NCBI GenBank assembly: GCA_002269645.1
Contig: NIVC01001257.1
Span: 1 to 64,000 of the forward strand
Direction of reading: 5' to 3'
From: Macrostomum lignano
Taxonomy: Eukaryota
Length of the DNA stretch: 64,000 nucleotides
Shown here: positions 37,001 to 52,800 of the stretch, piece after piece
Numbering within the stretch: position 1 is the stretch's first letter
How the letters are laid out: every line of letters begins with the position of its first letter
Made by a program: the position numbers and the translations under genes
The notes under the pieces: generated by a model
What the model saw: the letters and a program-made list of their open reading frames with translations, nothing else
The model's database searches: none
What the model was told of the DNA's origin: nothing

Positions 37001-40000
37001 CCGGAGCCATTGCCGCCGTTCCTTCGACCTTTGCCGCCGTTGACAGCCTTGCCCTGGCCACCGACCGCCTCGGCCTGACCGGCGGCGCTATCTTTATCGA
37101 TAGATTTGATGATCAGCTCAGCCGGAGATGTAGCAGCGGCAGTAGTAGCTGACACTTTGCTAGAAATACTGCCAGATCGGCGAGTCTTGCTTGCTTGCTG
37201 CTGCTGCTGATAATGATGATGCTGCAGCGTCCCGGCGTTTCCCAAAGTTGCTGTATGCGGCTGGTGCACTTCGCTACTGCCAGTGTTGCTTCTCTGTCGA
37301 TTTTTTTGTTTTGCATTAAAAAAGGAGAAAAACGGCTAATTTCATTCTACTAATAGTAGTGCAATCTCTAGTAAATATATAAATACCTTTTCCTCCGAGC
37401 TGCTAGATTCCGAAGCTAGACTTCTGGCATCTTCAGCGTCCTCGGGTGTGGCTGACTGACCTCTGCGCTGCTGGTCAGTCTGGTGCTGTTGCTTTCTCTG
37501 TTGCTGCTGCTGACTATGCTCTTTTTGATGATGGTGCTGCTGCTGCTGTTGTTGTTTCTTACCACGCGACTTGCCTGCAGGAATAAAAAAGACGTCGATG
37601 CTGTGCTTTTTGGTGATCAATACAGGAATACAGGAAGTGTTTCCGACCAGTGGGTGGCCACCGAAGGACTAGCAGGGTTGTTAGCAAAAGGCATGCGTGG
37701 GGTGGCTATCAATGACCAGTGGGGTGGCTACCAATGACCAGTGGGGTGGCTACCAATGACCAGTGAGCTATCAATACCAATGACCAGTGAGCTATCAATA
37801 CCAATGACCAGTGAGCTACCCACAGGGAATGACATTAGTGCAACCACTAAAAGGTAGGCAAACAAAAAGGTGCAGATGTGAAGTAGCCAATGACCACATC
37901 AATTAATACCTTTACCAACTCGCTGGTTAGAGAAATCGATAGGCTCAAACTGCGGCGTTGGTATAGGCTGCGGCGGATCCGGTCTGACACCACTTGACTG
38001 AGCAGCCGACGACGAAGCGGCAGAAGTCGTGGACGCCGACCGCGACTCTTTGCCAACGATAACGCCGCCGGCGCCTGTGGTGTTAGACTGGGCGCTTGAC
38101 GATAATACTTGGCGCTTGTTAGACCGACGTGAAGACTGCTGATGATGATGCTGATGATGCTGCGATGCAGATGATGCTTGACTAGTTGACTGCTGATGCT
38201 GCTGCTGCTGCCCGACTCCGCCAGATCGACGCGATGTCGCTGTAGCCGTCGCAGTGGATGCCGAAGAAGTCGCTGCCGCGGCGGAAGCACCCGTCGACGA
38301 CGCCGACGACGACAACAGCGCTCTGCCAGTTGAAGCTGCTGAAGCTTCAGTTGTCGTATCCGACGCCGCTGCCGCCGCCGCTGACTTTGCTGACCCCGCC
38401 GACCTGAACAGTAAAAGGCGACTAAAAAAGCCAAAGAAGCCGCCGCTTCCATCGCTGTCAGCTCGATCGCCTTCCAAATCCGTAATCCTGGCGCTATTAC
38501 GCTGACTCAACTGCTGCTCGTGAATGCCGCAAGTGCCGCGCTGGTCGCTAGCATTGCTATGATTAGTAATAGAGACGGTGGAAGCCAGCAGTCGCAGATC
38601 AAACGGAGCTCCGCCAGACGCGGCGGCGGCGGCATTCAAGACAGTCTGCTGACGGCACTGTAGAAAGGCGTCTAAGGCCAGCAGGCGATCGGATTCGCAA
38701 TAGGCCGAAGCCAATGCGCACACGCCGCAGGCGATCAGAGCCAATGTGACAGCTGTGTGCAGCTGGTGCTCCCAGTCTGGCCGGGGCAGCCGAGCAGAGC
38801 AAGCTGACAGCAGCGGGGTCGGCACGGCAGCCTGCAGCAGGACAGATATGGCCGGCCCGGCGTTGGGTCTCAGCGTGAGCAGGCGGGCCGCCCGGTGAAG
38901 ACAGTAGTCAGGCTGGAAGGTCACCTCCAGTCGGATGGTCTCATTGGGCTCCACTGAGACTGGCTGGCAGTTCGGCAGGAAAAATCCAGCATCTGAACAG
39001 GTGCTGGCGCCATCGGTCACTGGCGCCTCATCTACGCTAGTCGAGTACTGATCATCGTCAACGTATTCGCCGTCATCGTCTTCGCCCAGATTGTAGCCGA
39101 CTATTCTCAGAGGCAGCCGGCCCGGGTTGCTCAGCGTGAGCTGGCGCCTGATGGGCCCGCACGGCCGGTTCGCCCGCTCGGAGGCGTGGAACAGCAGGCG
39201 CGGCTCGGCCAGTCGCAGTCGCGGCTCGGCGGCCTCGCCGGTCACTAGCAGGGCCTCCAGCGCGGTCAGGTTGTTGCGCAACAGGAACACCGCCGAGTGA
39301 TTGCCGGCTCGGTTGGGCCGGAAGCCGAACCGGAAACGGGCGCGACGCCGGGGCAGAACTAGCGTGGCCAGACTCTCCGGGTGCACCTGCCGGCAGAGAA
39401 AGGGTCATGAAGTGCCAAAATTGAGGAACCTCCTTTCCTTAGATTGGAACCCCTGGAACTTCATTTCCTTAGATTGGAACCATTGGAACTTCATTTCCTT
39501 AGATTGGAACCCCTGGAACTTCATTTCCTTAGATTGAAACCCCTGGAACTTCATTTCCTTAGATTGGAACCCCTGGAACTTCATTTCCTTAGATTGGAAC
39601 CATTGGAACTTCATTTCCTTAGATTGGAACCCCTGGAACTTCATTTCCTTAGATTGAAACCCCTGGAACTTCATTTCCTTAGATTGGAACCCCTGGAACT
39701 TCATTTCCTTAGATTGAAACCCCTGGAACTTCATTTCCTTAGATTGGAACCATTGGAACTTCATTTCCTTAGATTGAAACCCCTGGAACTTCATTTCCTT
39801 AGATTGGAACCATTGGAACTTTATTTCCTTAGATTGGAACCATTGGAACTTCATTTCCTTAGATTGGAACCATTGGAACTTCATTTCCTTAGATTGGAAC
39901 CATTGGAACTTCATTTCCTTAGATTGGAACCCCTGGAACTTCATTTCCTTAGATTGGAACCCCTGGAACTTCATTTCCTTAGATTGGAACCATTGGAACT

Positions 40001-43000
40001 TCATTTCCTTAGATTGGAACCATTGGAACTTCATTTCCTTAGATTGGAACCATTGGAACTTCATTTCCTTAGATTGGAACCATTGGAACTTCATTTCCTT
40101 AGATTGGAACCATTGGAACATCATTTCCTTAGATTGAAACCCCTGGAACTTCATTTCCTTAGATTGGAACCCCTGGAACTTCATTTCCTTAGATGAAAAC
40201 CCAGCCAAGGAACTCTTTCTCTGGTTCTAACTAATAGATCCTCGGTCTCTAGATGCTAACCAATAGATCCTCGGTCTCTAGATGCTAACCAATAGATCCT
40301 CGGTCTCTAGATGCTAACCAATGGATCCTCGGTCTCTAGATGCTAACCAATGGATCCTCGGTCTCTAGATGCTAACCAATGGATCCTCGGTCTCTAGATG
40401 CTAACCAATGGATCCTCGGTCTCTAGATGCTAACCAATGGATCCTCGGTCTCTAGATGCTAACCAATCGATCCTCGGTCTCTAGATGCTAACCAATGGAT
40501 CCTCGGTCTCTAGATGCTAACCAATGGATCCTCGGTCTCTAGATGCTAACCAATGGATCCTCGGTCTCTAGATGCTAACCAATGGATCCTCGGTCTCTAG
40601 ATGCTAACCAATCGATCCTCGGTATCTAGATGCTAACCAATGGATCCTCGGTCTCTAGATGCTAACCAATGGATTCTCGGTCTCTAGATGCTAACCAATG
40701 GATTCTCGGTCTCTAGATGCTAACCAATGGATTCTCGGTCTCTAGATGCTAACCAATGGATCCTCGGTCTCTAGATGCTAACCAATGGATCCTCGGTCTC
40801 TAGATGCTAACCAATGGATCCTCGGTCTCTAGATGCTAACCAATGGATCCTCGGTCTCTAGATGCTAACCAATGGATCCTCGGTCTCTAGATGCTGAGTT
40901 GCAAATCAATGGAAACGCATTCTCTAGATGTACCGCCCTAGAACTTCAGTACCTAAAGATTCCAAGAATCCAACAAAAGTACAACAATGTGACCATGCTA
41001 ATTGCTCACCCTGGCGCCAAACAGCGCCCTCAGCTGATCCCGATGCACTCGCGCCACCTCTGACTGGGCGCCGATCCCGGCCAAGCGAATAGCGCCGTCG
41101 CCGGAGTCGCTGCTAGTCGAAGACGATTCAGTGAACAGCTCCTCCCAGGCTGCCTGGCCGAGTCGAGTGGCCAGAAGGGAGATGGCGGACTGAGGCGAAG
41201 AGTACAGCCAGAGCGGGAGCAGCTGGGCCAGCACAGGACTGTCGGACGGGTTTTCAATGATCAGCTCGGACTCGGTGGCGTTGCCGGAATGAGTCAGCTC
41301 TAATTTATGACGCCAGTCGTCTGGCAGGAGGCTGGGCCTGAATAATTGCGCTTGAGTACGCATTAGGAAACCGCCGGCGTGAGCTGTCTCTATGGCAACC
41401 GTGGCATTGACCGTGTGCCGATCGGACCGGACTAAGGACTCCCAGCGCTGCGTTAGGCGGCTGAGGTACAGCTGGTCCACGTCTGACACTCGGCTGTCTA
41501 GGCTGAGGCCCGAGAGCCACTCTTTGCCGGCTGCGTGTGGCGGATGGCATGGGAATGAATGGGGATCCGGGAAGCAGGGAGTCTGAGGATCCAGGAGGCC
41601 GGGAGTCTGAGGATCCGGGAGGCGGGGAGTCTGAGGATCCGGGAGGCGGGGAGTCTGAGGATCCGGGAGGCGGGACTGCGGAGTCTGAGGATCCGGGAGG
41701 CGGGGAGTCTGAGGATCCGGGAGGCGGGACTGCGGAGTCTGAGGATCCGGGAGGCGGGGAGTCTGAGGATCCAGGAGGCCGGGAGTCTGAGGATCCGGGA
41801 GGCCGGGAGTCTGAGGATCCGGGAGGCCGGGAGTCTGAGGATCCGGGAGGCCGGGAGTCTGAGGATCCGGGAGGCCGGGAGTCTGAGGATCCGGGAGGCG
41901 GGGAGTCTGAGGATCCGGGAGGCGGGACTGCGGAGTCTGAGGATCCGGGAGATGGCGCAACGGAATCTGAGAATCTGGGAAGTTAGAATAAAATTTAATC
42001 GCTGAAAATCAGCTGCACTTACTAGCAGTAGTGAGCGGGAAGCCAACATAGCAGTCGCGTCCGCACAGTCGTTGATGATCGAAGCAGATTTTGCCAACCT
42101 TAGCGGAATAAAATAGGTTAAATTATTCAATGATATGAATGGAATTGAAAGCTGAAAGGCGGAACATATAAAGATTAACAATCTAGATTGTATGGAAGTC
42201 TTTTTCACGAGCCAGAATTGATCCAGGAAAGAACGGAATTCTTTAAATACGCATCGCATGCTTCAAACTAGCTGATTGTCATTGGCCTCACTGCAATGCT
42301 GGGCGGGCGTCTCGGCGTGCAAACTGCTACGGGAACTGAAATTTTCCCGTAGTGAGGCCGTAATGAAGCAGCAGGTTCATTAGGGGGCCGGAGACATCCG
42401 ATGCTAAATATAGAGTAAGCGGCTGCTAATAGACGGCAACTGGGTAACGGGAAGAGAAATTAACTTTTGTTTATATAAACCTGCTTTTATTCAATGACTT
42501 GCTGTACTTTATTAATGTGGAATAAGCCTGAGGGTAGCAGCGGCCAGTAACTGAGGATCTGGGAGGCTGGCCTAGCAACTGAGGATCTGGGAGGCTGGCC
42601 TAGCAACTGAGGATCTGGGAGGCTGGCCCAGCAACTGAGGATCTGGGAGGCTGGCCCAGCAACTGAGGATTTCAAATTTCAATTAAGGAAGGCACGTCCC
42701 AGCAAAGTCCCAGCAAACACCAAGCCTTCCTCACCGTAGTGGTCTCGAACGATTTCAACAGTTGCGGCAGGCCCAGCGGAGCGAATTTGAACCGGACATC
42801 CGACGGCAGGAAGGTCAGGCCGCGCACAGACACCAGCTGGTGGAAGGAGCTCCGGACGCTGAGCCAGCGGCAGGCGGCCCGGCCTGGGAAACAGTCAGGC
42901 AGCAACAGCGGGTCCGGCACGGCCGACAGGCTGCCTTCGGCGCCGCGTAGGCGCCATTGTAGACGCAGGTCGGTGGGATTGGCGCGGATTAGCAGCTCGC

Positions 43001-44181
43001 CCTGCTGCGGACCCAACTGGGCGGGCCCGATGGCTGTCAGAGTGAGCTCACCCTGGAGATTAATTGGGATTAATGGAATATCTCAACGCGTACCCAATAA
43101 ATTTGCAGAAGGCGGGAATGTCTAGGGGCGATTTTCATGTCTAGGGGCGAATCTTGAGAGATCAGGGTCTAGGGGCGAATCTTGAGATGAATGTCTAAGG
43201 GCGAATCTTGAGATGAGTGTCCAGGGGCAAATCTTGAGATGAGTGTCCAGGGGCAAATCTTGAGATGAGTGTCCAGGGGCAAATCTTGAGATGAATGTCT
43301 ATGGGCGAATCTTGAGATCAGTGTCTAGGGGCGAATCTTGAGATCAGTGTCTAGGGGCGAATCTTGAGATGAATGTCTAAGGGCGAATCTTGAGATGAAT
43401 GTCTAAGGGCGAATCTTGAGATGAATGTCCAGGGGCAAATCTTGAGATGAATGTCTAAGGGCGAATCTTGAGATGAGTGTCCAGGGGCAAATCTTGAGAT
43501 GAATATCCAGGGGCGAATCTTGAGATGAATGTCTATGGGCGAATCTTGAGAGGGATGTCTGGGGACAAACGAATCTTGGCAGAAATATATGTCTAGGGAG
43601 CGGTTCTTAAGATGTCTGCAGATTATTTGAGTGACGCATGTAGTAATGGATTATCTAGAGATAAGCTAAGGAACGATTGTTAAGGTCTTTTTACGACACA
43701 ACTTTAGGGCTGCCCAGGGCACAAAGCTATAAGGTCAATAAACGCGAACTTTATCAAGCAAAGGAAGGCCATATTTGCTAATGACGGCTAATAACACTGC
43801 TCAAAGGCGAAAACCTTTCATCCCTTCAACTCAAGGTTTGGTGTTTGAATAAACACACCATCAGAGTTAGCGCCTTTGGCGTGCAAAACAAAAAATGGGA
43901 CTCGAGACGGAGCGGCGCTCAGGTTAATTAGCTCGATTGCTGGTTCCGCGAAGCTTTCAGAGGCTTGCAATTAGATAATGGAAATGCAATTTTCACATAC
44001 AGAATGTTTCAGAGAGATACTCTGAGTAACTATCAAAACTAATGCAAGGTGCCTTCAGTCTGCTATCTTCAGCATGCGTCTGCAGCTTCAATTCGGTCAA
44101 GCAATTAACTAAATAACTGACTGAATAACTAACTAGCTAACTAGCTAACTGAGGATTAACTATCAGAACTAACTGTCTGAA

Positions 44182-44233
<52 letters not shown>

Positions 44234-44277
44234 CAACTAACTGAATAACTAACTAACTAACTAACAAACTAACAAAC

Positions 44278-44341
<64 letters not shown>

Positions 44342-44761
44342 CAACTAACAAACTAACTAACCAACTAACTGAATAACTAACTAACTAACTAACAAACAAA
44401 CAAACAAACAAACAAACTAACTAACTAACTAACTAACCAACTAACTAACTAACTAACTAACCAACTAACTAACTAACTAACCAACTAACTAACTAACTAA
44501 CTAACCAACTAACTAACTAACTAACCAACTAACTAACTAACTAACTAACCAACTAACTAACTAACTAACTAACCAACTAACTGAATAACTAACTAACTAA
44601 CTAACTAACAAACAAACAAACAAACAAACTAACTAACTAACTAACCAACTAACTAACTAACTAAATAACCAACTAACTGAATAACTAACTAACTAACTAA
44701 CAAACTAACTAACTAACTAACTAACCAACTAACTAACTAACTAACTAACCAACTAACTGAA

Positions 44762-44799
<38 letters not shown>

Positions 44800-44837
44800 G
44801 CTAACTAACTAACTGAATAACTAACTAACTAACTGAA

Positions 44838-44881
<44 letters not shown>

Positions 44882-45005
44882 CAACTAACTAACTAACCAA
44901 CTAACTGAATAACTAACTAACTAACCAACTAACTAACTAACTAACTAACTAACTATCTAACTAACTAACTAACTAACTAGCTAACTAACTAACCAACCAA
45001 CAGAA

Positions 45006-45045
<40 letters not shown>

Positions 45046-45106
45046 CAACCAACTAACTAACTAACTAACTAACCAACTAACTGAATAACTAACTAACTAA
45101 CTAACC

Positions 45107-45161
<55 letters not shown>

Positions 45162-45201
45162 CAACCAACTAACTAACTAACTAACTAACCAACTAACTGA
45201 A

Positions 45202-45252
<51 letters not shown>

Positions 45253-45325
45253 TTAACTAACCAACTAACTAACTAACTAACTAACCAACTAACTGAATAA
45301 CTAACTAACTAACCAACTAACTGAA

Positions 45326-45381
<56 letters not shown>

Positions 45382-45414
45382 CAACCAACTAACTGAATAA
45401 CTAACTAACTAACC

Positions 45415-45470
<56 letters not shown>

Positions 45471-45657
45471 GACTAACTAACCAACTAACTAACTAACTAA
45501 CTAACCAAGTAACTGAATAACTAACTAACCAACTAACTGAATAACTAACTAACTAACAAACAAACAAACAAACAAACAAACTAACTAACTAACTAACCAA
45601 CTAACTAACTAACTAAATAACCAACTAACTGAATAACTAACTAACTAACTAACAAAC

Positions 45658-45713
<56 letters not shown>

Positions 45714-45749
45714 CAACTAACTAACTAACTAACTAACCAACTAACTGAA

Positions 45750-45798
<49 letters not shown>

Positions 45799-45821
45799 GA
45801 ATAACTAACTAACTAACTGAA

Positions 45822-45873
<52 letters not shown>

Positions 45874-45922
45874 CAACTAACTAACTAACTAACCAACTAA
45901 CTGAATAACTAACTAACTAACC

Positions 45923-45995
<73 letters not shown>

Positions 45996-46025
45996 GCTAA
46001 CTAACTAACTAACCAACCAACTGAA

Positions 46026-46057
<32 letters not shown>

Positions 46058-46097
46058 CAACCAACTAACTAACTAACTAACTAACCAACTAACTGAA

Positions 46098-46164
<67 letters not shown>

Positions 46165-46237
46165 TTAACTAACCAACTAACTAACTAACTAACTAACCAA
46201 CTAACTGAATAACTAACTAACTAACCAACTAACTGAA

Positions 46238-46285
<48 letters not shown>

Positions 46286-46318
46286 CAACCAACTAACTGA
46301 ATAACTAACTAACTAACC

Positions 46319-46362
<44 letters not shown>

Positions 46363-46553
46363 GACTAACTAACCAACTAACTAACTAACTAACTAACCAA
46401 CTAACTGAATAACTAACTAACCAACTAACTGAATAACTAACTAACTAACAAACAAACAAACAAACAAACTAACTAACTAACTAACTAACCAACTAACTAA
46501 CTAACTAAATAACCAACTAACTGAATAACTAACTAACTAACTAACAAACAAAC

Positions 46554-46609
<56 letters not shown>

Positions 46610-46645
46610 CAACTAACTAACTAACTAACTAACCAACTAACTGAA

Positions 46646-46706
<61 letters not shown>

Positions 46707-46729
46707 GAATAACTAACTAACTAACTGAA

Positions 46730-46777
<48 letters not shown>

Positions 46778-46826
46778 CAACTAACTAACTAACTAACCAA
46801 CTAACTGAATAACTAACTAACTAACC

Positions 46827-46878
<52 letters not shown>

Positions 46879-46901
46879 GAATAACTAACTAACTAACTGA
46901 A

Positions 46902-46949
<48 letters not shown>

Positions 46950-46998
46950 CAACTAACTAACTAACTAACCAACTAACTGAATAACTAACTAACTAACC

Positions 46999-47063
<65 letters not shown>

Positions 47064-47093
47064 GCTAACTAACTAACTAACCAACCAACTGAA

Positions 47094-47133
<40 letters not shown>

Positions 47134-47173
47134 CAACCAACTAACTAACTAACTAACTAACCAACTAACTGAA

Positions 47174-47217
<44 letters not shown>

Positions 47218-47266
47218 CAACTAACTAACTAAATAACCAACTAACTGAATAACTAACTAACTAACC

Positions 47267-47300
<34 letters not shown>

Positions 47301-47345
47301 CTAACTAACTAACTAGCTAACTAACTAACTAACCAACCAACTGAA

Positions 47346-47393
<48 letters not shown>

Positions 47394-47454
47394 CAACCAA
47401 CTAACTAACTAACTAACTAACCAACTAACTGAATAACTAACTAACTAACTAACC

Positions 47455-47509
<55 letters not shown>

Positions 47510-47545
47510 CAACCAACTAACTAACTAACTAACTAACCAACTGAA

Positions 47546-47590
<45 letters not shown>

Positions 47591-47729
47591 GACTAACTAA
47601 CTAACTAACTAACTGACTAATTAACTAACCAACTAACTAACTAACTAACCAACTAACTGAATAACTAACTAACCAACTAACTGAATAACTAACTAACTAA
47701 CTAACTAACTAACCAACCAACTAACTGAA

Positions 47730-47760
<31 letters not shown>

Positions 47761-47841
47761 TTAACTAACCAACTAACAAACTAACTAACTAACTAACTAA
47801 CTAACCAACCAACTAACTGAATAACTAACTAACTAACTGAA

Positions 47842-47893
<52 letters not shown>

Positions 47894-47942
47894 CAACTAA
47901 CTAACTAACTAACCAACTAACTGAATAACTAACTAACTAACC

Positions 47943-48023
<81 letters not shown>

Positions 48024-48053
48024 GCTAACTAACTAACTAACCAACCAACTGAA

Positions 48054-48085
<32 letters not shown>

Positions 48086-48125
48086 CAACCAACTAACTAA
48101 CTAACTAACTAACCAACTAACTGAA

Positions 48126-48192
<67 letters not shown>

Positions 48193-48265
48193 TTAACTAA
48201 CCAACTAACTAACTAACTAACTAACCAACTAACTGAATAACTAACTAACTAACCAACTAACTGAA

Positions 48266-48317
<52 letters not shown>

Positions 48318-48350
48318 CAACCAACTAACTGAATAACTAACTAACTAACC

Positions 48351-48402
<52 letters not shown>

Positions 48403-48589
48403 GACTAACTAACCAACTAACTAACTAACTAACTAACCAACTAACTGAATAACTAACTAACCAACTAACTGAATAACTAACTAACTAACAAACAAACAAA
48501 CTAACTAACTAACTAACTAACTAACCAACTAACTAACTAACTAAATAACCAACTAACTGAATAACTAACTAACTAACTAACAAACAAAC

Positions 48590-48637
<48 letters not shown>

Positions 48638-48673
48638 CAACTAACTAACTAACTAACTAACCAACTAACTGAA

Positions 48674-48734
<61 letters not shown>

Positions 48735-48757
48735 GAATAACTAACTAACTAACTGAA

Positions 48758-48805
<48 letters not shown>

Positions 48806-48854
48806 CAACTAACTAACTAACTAACCAACTAACTGAATAACTAACTAACTAACC

Positions 48855-48919
<65 letters not shown>

Positions 48920-48949
48920 GCTAACTAACTAACTAACCAACCAACTGAA

Positions 48950-48993
<44 letters not shown>

Positions 48994-49033
48994 CAACCAA
49001 CTAACTAACTAACTAACTAACCAACTAACTGAA

Positions 49034-49077
<44 letters not shown>

Positions 49078-49126
49078 CAACTAACTAACTAAATAACCAA
49101 CTAACTGAATAACTAACTAACTAACC

Positions 49127-49160
<34 letters not shown>

Positions 49161-49205
49161 CTAACTAACTAACTAGCTAACTAACTAACTAACCAACCAA
49201 CTGAA

Positions 49206-49257
<52 letters not shown>

Positions 49258-49318
49258 CAACCAACTAACTAACTAACTAACTAACCAACTAACTGAATAA
49301 CTAACTAACTAACTAACC

Positions 49319-49352
<34 letters not shown>

Positions 49353-49413
49353 TTAACTAACTAACTAACTAACTAACCAACCAACTAACTAACTAACTAA
49401 CTAACCAACTGAA

Positions 49414-49454
<41 letters not shown>

Positions 49455-49593
49455 GACTAACTAACTAACTAACTAACTGACTAATTAACTAACCAACTAA
49501 CTAACTAACTAACCAACTAACTGAATAACTAACTAACCAACTAACTGAATAACTAACTAACTAACTAACTAACTAACCAACCAACTAACTGAA

Positions 49594-49624
<31 letters not shown>

Positions 49625-49702
49625 TTAACTAACCAACTAACAAACTAACTAACTAACTAACTAACTAACCAACCAACTAACTGAATAACTAACTAACTAA
49701 CC

Positions 49703-49739
<37 letters not shown>

Positions 49740-49740
49740 G

Positions 49741-49795
<55 letters not shown>

Positions 49796-49832
49796 GCTAA
49801 CTAACTAGCTAACTAACTAACTAACTAACTAG

Positions 49833-49867
<35 letters not shown>

Positions 49868-52800
49868 GCTAACTGACTAAATAATAATAATAAGACTGAA
49901 TAATTAGTTAAAACCAGATAAAACAGTTAGTTAAAACACCCCTGGAGCTAGTTATTAAGCTAGTTAATGCTAATCAAAACTCTGAATCCACAAAGCTACA
50001 AACCTGATGAAACGGTCGCAGAGTCACGGGCAGCTCAGGCGCAGTGCCGGTCACGGAACCGTTTGACCCGCGTACCCGCATCAGCTGAGCCTGCACAACT
50101 GGCGGATCGCATTTTATACTCAACAGTCGAATCTCTACGGGATTCTCATTGCGCACGGCCAGTTCAACCTGGCGCCTGTCGCCAGGCCCGATAGAGCCAA
50201 AGTCCACCGCGTCCAAGCGCTGCTCCGGCCATCTGGGCACGGTGCTCAGGCTGCCCGAGTACAAAAATACGGGTATTAAAAAGTGGGACGCGTTTGAATA
50301 GATGGCCAACTGCAGGACCCGCGGCTTAGCGTTGATTGACACGGACAGGCTGAATGGGGACAGGGTGGCACCGGCCGGGATCAGCACGGGTGGACGGAAT
50401 TTCACCAGCGAGACGTCAGCTGTGCCGCCGTTAGACTTGCCGGCCAGACTGTCCGGCAGGCCGGTCAGCAAGCTGGCGTTGAAGATCACAACAGGCTGGG
50501 CAAAGGTGTTGCTAATGCTGATTGGCCGGGTCACGCCGGCTCCATTGGAGTCGCCGCCGAGGCTGCTGGAGGCCGCTAGCAGGAATCTTGTACTGTTGGC
50601 GTCGTAGACCAGAGCGCCCTGCAGTACGGTGGCCCGATACGGTACGCGAAGTAGTTCGCCAGTTGCTCCGTCTGAACCGTCTTGGCTGCCGGTGATGATC
50701 ACGTGACCGGACCATTGGCGCGGAGCCGCGGCTCGATGGGCGGTGAACGTTACGTCGGCTAGGGGCGTCCGACGCCACGCGCCGGGCAACAGGCGGACGG
50801 GCCGAAAGGTTAAACGGACGGCGTCGTTAGGGAAGTCCAGGGACACGTTGGACACGAGACAGGGCTGGGCGAATAGACTGGTCACCTGCGGTGGGGTGAG
50901 TGACAGACAGGGTGTGTAACAAATAGAGCGACCTGAAAGACAAAGAAATGGTTTAACAAACGGATAAGGGGTGTGACAGACGGATAAGGGGTGTGACAGA
51001 AAGATAAGGATGTGACAGATAAAGAGTGTGACAGACGGATAAGGGGTGTGAAAGACGGATAAGAAGTGTGACAGACGGTTAAGGGGTGTGAAAGAAGGAT
51101 AAGGGGTGTGACAGATAGATAAAAGTTTGTGGCACGGATAAAAGATGTGACAGATGGATAAAGGGTGTGACAGAAGTATAAAGTTAGGGGTATCAGAGGG
51201 ATAAGACACGTGACAAAGTAAAGAAACAGATCAGCTCACCTGCAGCGTGATAGTTCTCTCGCTATCAAGAGTCCGCAGCAGGCCAAAGTCCAGCCGATCC
51301 ACGGTGGCGTACAGACCCGGCCTAGAGGACACCTGCACTTCTACAGGCAGCACCAGGCCGAACCTGCCGCTTCTATTAGTTTTCACCTGTACAAAAGCCG
51401 TATGATTGGCCGGCTCGCGACCGACTAAACGCAGTCGCATAACTGTCCGAGTCTCGTAGGGCGGTATCGCCCACAGCTGATTGGCTGGCGGCCCGTTGCT
51501 GGGCAATTCCAGGTGCAAGTCGGGGCCGCTGGTGAACATTTCGGTGATCTGCAGGACACTGCTGTGCGGATTATGCACGTGTAAATAGGGACTGAAGCTG
51601 CTGTTGATGGGTATGCGAGCGCCTAACCAGGGCTGGACTCTGTAGGGACTGGGTACGCCAACTGCGAACAGCTGATAGCGATAGGTGCCAGTTGAGGTGC
51701 GAATGAACAGCGTGTTCTCCGTGGCGCCCATCTCGCGGGCCAGAAATACAACGTCAAATGTTGTGTTCTCGCCGGCTGGGACCGCCTGGGAAGCATTTGG
51801 GAAGGTGAATTGGTGTGCCTGTGTCTAGATGCGACAGTAGGGTGTCTAGATGAGACAGTAGGGGTGTCTAGATGCGACAGTAGGGGTGTCTAGATGCGAC
51901 AGTAGGGGTGTCTAGATGCGACAGTAGGGGTGTCTAGATGCGACAGTAGGGGTGTCTAGATGCGACAGTAGGGTTGTCTAGATGCGACAGTAGGGGGTGT
52001 CTAGATGCGACAGCAGGGGTGTCTAGATGCAACAGCAGGGGTGTCTAGATGCGACAGCAGGGGTGTCTAGATGCGACAGCAGGGGTGTCTAGATGAGACA
52101 GTAGGGGGTGTCTAGATGCGACAGAAGGGGTGTCTAGATGTGACAGTAGAAGTGTCTAGATGCGACAGTCGAGGTGTCTAGATGCGACAGTAGAGGTGTC
52201 TAGATGCGATAGTAAGATTCAACTGTTGTATTCTACAAACCTTTCGCTGAAAGAATGAACAGTGAAAATGCGGAGTAGTGGCCGATATAGACAAAAGTTG
52301 TACAGGTTTCTTCTCTTGTCCATTGATCAGCGTCACCTGTTCCAGGTGTGGCTGGCCCACGGGGCTGTGAAAATTAAATAGAAATGGCTATGTTTAACAA
52401 CTAACAGTATAAGTATTGATACACTTAAGTTGGGAAATCTGTACTCACTGCTCCTTAAAGTCCAGATAAGGAGGCTCAAATCTAACTGGACTAGCTGGAA
52501 TCTGACCCTCATCAAGCCTGAAATAGTATATATATGTTGCAATAAAATTAATGCAAAAGAGATTGGTAAAGATGAAACTAAAAAGTCAATAGACTCACCC
52601 CAATGCTGGAAACACATCAGATGAGAATTCATTTGTGCCATCCAGAGCCAGACTAAGAACTTTATTCGTTTGAAAGAAGCCTGCAGGTGTTTATAGAAGT
52701 TTGATTTTTTGAATCAGTACTTTATATATAAAATCTTTCAAAATAATAATACAGTCAACAAAGCAACACAGTTAAAAATTCATTCTACTTATCTAGTTAG

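Noticed and set aside
38254-38505. Plus-strand ORFs overlapping TMEM131 exons (also 34088-34495, 50302-50607)
   Set aside because: These are antisense shadows of GC-rich coding exons.
44105-49881. TAACTAAC as multiple branch-point (TACTAAC-like) signals, or as a telomere
   Set aside because: The motif is antisense to TMEM131, the unit is a 4-mer rather than TTAGGG, and the array is internal to a gene.
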